A stretch of 27,551 nt of DNA from an uncultured Candidatus Saccharibacteria bacterium. GTDB taxonomy: Bacteria > Patescibacteriota > Saccharimonadia > Saccharimonadales > AWTP1-31. Shown piece after piece: positions 26,301 through 27,551 of this stretch. Below the pieces are notes generated by a model. That model searched no databases. It saw only the letters and a list, made by a program, of their open reading frames with translations, and was not told the DNA's origin. The stretch is from the NCBI GenBank assembly GCA_964465215.1, contig CAYXHO010000002.1, forward strand, positions 1 through 27,551, given 5' to 3'. How positions within the stretch are numbered: the first letter of the stretch is position 1; each line of letters opens with the position of its first letter. The position numbers were made by a program, and so were the translations under genes.

Positions 26301-26743
26301 CCCTCGAAGCCTATGGCGCATCCAACACGTTGCAAGAAATGCTTACCATCAAGTCTGACGACGTCTATGGACGAAGTAAGGCTTATGAGTCGATCATTAA
26401 AGATACTGAAATTGTTGGACCAAAAGTCCCAGAAAGCTTCAACGTGCTGGTTAAAGAGCTGCAAGGTCTTGGCCTTAAGGTTGACCTCATCGGTTCTGGT
26501 AAAGCTATCGACGCCGAAGAAGTCCTCGCCGAAACAATCAAAGATGAAGCAGGCCATATGCCTACTGTAGACGTACCAGAGCCAACTGTTTCTGAAATTG
26601 ATGTTACTGCCGATGCCGTAGCTGATGAATTTAGTATTATGGACGACCTGGACGATAGCGTTCATGTAGTAACCGATGACAATAGTGATGACGACGCCGT
26701 AGCAGTTTCTGCTGACGACGAAAATGAAAAGGAGGCAAACTAA
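23330..26743 (+). CDS. rpoB: RNA polymerase beta subunit
   Basis: GTFVINGAERVVVSQL, ETPEGANIGL, LMGSNQQRQAVP, GDKLGGRHGNKG, GGQRFGEMEVWALEAYG; acidic tail. Start is ATG 23330 or TTG 23324. Confidence 0.99.
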   Translation: MAKDVQSATTSSKRVFYTNTKDPIDLPNLVDHQNKSWDWLVKEGLGELLAEVSPIDDYTGTKLTLSFKDYRFEDPKMTENEARENNVSYDAPLKATVVLTNKVTGEVKEQEIYLGDYPWMTSRGTFVINGAERVVVSQLIRSAGVFFTADNSGSANRYGAKVIPGRGAWLEFETAANGALYVKIDRKRKITVTTLLRALGMTEAQIKETFAKVNNGSLDYVKATLDKDPARGTNDALIEVYRRLRPGDLATVDNARSLIENMFYNFKRFDFSRVGRYKINKRLNLDVPNTTENRIMRLEDLTAIISEIIRLNNTQEPADDIDSLANRRVKLVGELVQRQFRIGLLRMERNTKDRMSMSEIETVTPAQLINARPIVAAVREFFASSQLSQFMDQINPLAELAVKRRLSSMGPGGLSRERAGFEVRDAHATHYGRICAVETPEGANIGLVLNLANYARINDYGFIETPYVKVVKGKVTGEVEYLDAAAEEHAVIASAGEEITAKGTFARERVSARRYLIAGEVDADEVTHMDASRRQIIGSSAGLIPFIEKNYVYRSLMGSNQQRQAVPLIKPQAPIVGTGMEGTVARNSGQVVMAEANGVVTKATGDGVTVKYASVSKTYEPLHFIRSNDGTSINQKVVVETGDKVKAGDILIEGMSIEDGELALGKNLTVAFMPWNGYNFEDAIILSRRLVEDDTLTSVHIVDYMTEVRETKLGPEVVTQDIPNVSEEALRHLDEDGIVRIGAEVHPGDILVGKITPKGEQELSSEERLLRAIFGEKAKEVRDTSQRMSNGKHGKVVGVKVFSRENGHELKAGVIMQIQIFVAQMRKISVGDKLGGRHGNKGVIARILPVEDMPFMADGTPVDVVLNPLGVPSRMNVGQLFETHLGMAAKALGIKVATPSFEGVETSKIRELLTQAGLPDDGKQQLFDGRTGEPFSEHTTVGNMYMIKLNHMIADKIHARSTGPYTMVTQQPLGGKAQNGGQRFGEMEVWALEAYGASNTLQEMLTIKSDDVYGRSKAYESIIKDTEIVGPKVPESFNVLVKELQGLGLKVDLIGSGKAIDAEEVLAETIKDEAGHMPTVDVPEPTVSEIDVTADAVADEFSIMDDLDDSVHVVTDDNSDDDAVAVSADDENEKEAN

Positions 26744-27551
26744 TGCGACGTTATTCTTCAGGAACCAATATTGCAGACTTTGATGCCGTTCGATTGGCAG
26801 TAGCCAGCCCAGCCGATATTCTCGACTGGTCATATGGCGAAGTTACCAAACCAGAAACTATCAACTACCGAACTCAAAAGCCAGAGCGCGACGGTTTGTT
26901 CTGTGAACGAATCTTTGGACCGGTTAAAGACATTAGCCCGCATGACGCTAAGTTCAAGGGCGTTCGATCTCGAGAAGCAGCTGTTGATAAAAACGGTGAA
27001 GTGGTAACCAAGAGCATTGTTCGTCGTGAACGCATGGCTCATATTAGCTTAGCTAGCCCGGTCGCCCACATCTGGTTCCTTCGTGGAACTCCAAGTGCTA
27101 TGGGCCTTGTACTCGGCTTAACCGTCAAAGCACTCGAGCGAGTAGCGTACTTTGCCAGCTATATCATCAAGAAGGTCGACACTGAAAAGCGTGACCAAAT
27201 GCTTGCTGATCGTGAAGCAGAATTCAATGCCGCAAAAGAAGCTATTCGACTCCGCTACGAAAACGAAGCTAAGGCAGAAGATGCCAACGTCAAAGCTCTA
27301 GCCGAAATGCAAACCAAAGAGCTCGAAGAACTCACCATTGCTTTCGAACAAAACAAAGCACAACTTGAAACGCTTGTACCACTCGGTCTCATCAGCGAGA
27401 CTGATTACCGAGCACTCCCTCGTGAACTTCGAGATCTGATTAGTGTTGGAATGGGTGGAACCGCTCTTAAAGATCTTCTTGATACTGTTGACCTCGGTGA
27501 ACTCATCGAAAATCTATCCAAGGAAGCTGAAGATGCTAAGGGTATGCGCAA
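26743..27551 (+). CDS. rpoC: RNA polymerase beta' subunit, 5' part; runs off the window end
   Basis: ATG overlaps the rpoB stop (TAATG), with SD AAGGAGG. MRRYSSG...WSYGEVTKPETINYRTQKPERDGLFCERIFGP...VRRERMAHI...PVAHIWF. Open to the end of the window. Confidence 0.98.
   Translation, partial: MRRYSSGTNIADFDAVRLAVASPADILDWSYGEVTKPETINYRTQKPERDGLFCERIFGPVKDISPHDAKFKGVRSREAAVDKNGEVVTKSIVRRERMAHISLASPVAHIWFLRGTPSAMGLVLGLTVKALERVAYFASYIIKKVDTEKRDQMLADREAEFNAAKEAIRLRYENEAKAEDANVKALAEMQTKELEELTIAFEQNKAQLETLVPLGLISETDYRALPRELRDLISVGMGGTALKDLLDTVDLGELIENLSKEAEDAKGMR

Noticed and set aside
984-27042. Numerous short antisense or alternate-frame ORFs overlapping nusA, clpC, radA, PBP, tyrS, recG, tig, clpP, rpoB and rpoC
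   Set aside because: They are fully nested in well-supported genes, with no motifs or initiation signals.
1-27551. CRISPR arrays, IS elements, prophage or defence systems
   Set aside because: No regularly spaced repeats, transposase, integrase or phage/defence motifs were seen.

Overview
Ordinary-looking core-genome window of a small-genome bacterium, most likely Patescibacteria/CPR (Saccharibacteria-like gene order; the assignment is an inference). It uses genetic code 11. Gene order: pepN-like M1 aminopeptidase (5' part, minus), nusA, clpC, HEXXH membrane-anchored protein, radA, class A PBP (minus), tyrS, SAM methyltransferase, recG, PLC/P1-nuclease-like protein, rsmD, orphan, tRNA-Leu(TAG) (minus), membrane protein (minus), a histidine locus, hisS, interrupted orphan (minus), tig, orphan, clpP, orphan, rpoB, start of rpoC. 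The standout is the histidine locus at 17238-18367. It has a leaderless His-containing leader peptide (MILVSQLHVHIRPDRLG) with mutually exclusive antiterminator/terminator hairpins. This is followed by a hisG-hisE fusion split into two frames at GGAGG-TGT-CTT-CAC-C, the geometry of the prfB +1 frameshift site but with a His codon where prfB has its stop codon. The predicted 316-aa transframe product contains no histidine. Together this suggests a two-tier histidine-starvation sensor: attenuation plus a hungry-codon programmed frameshift. Other points: perfect CIRCE operators on clpC and clpP, a terminator-like hairpin in the nusA leader, loss of all four zinc-ribbon cysteines in RpoC, and widespread -10 hexamers 6-9 nt before start codons (leaderless or very short-leader mRNAs).
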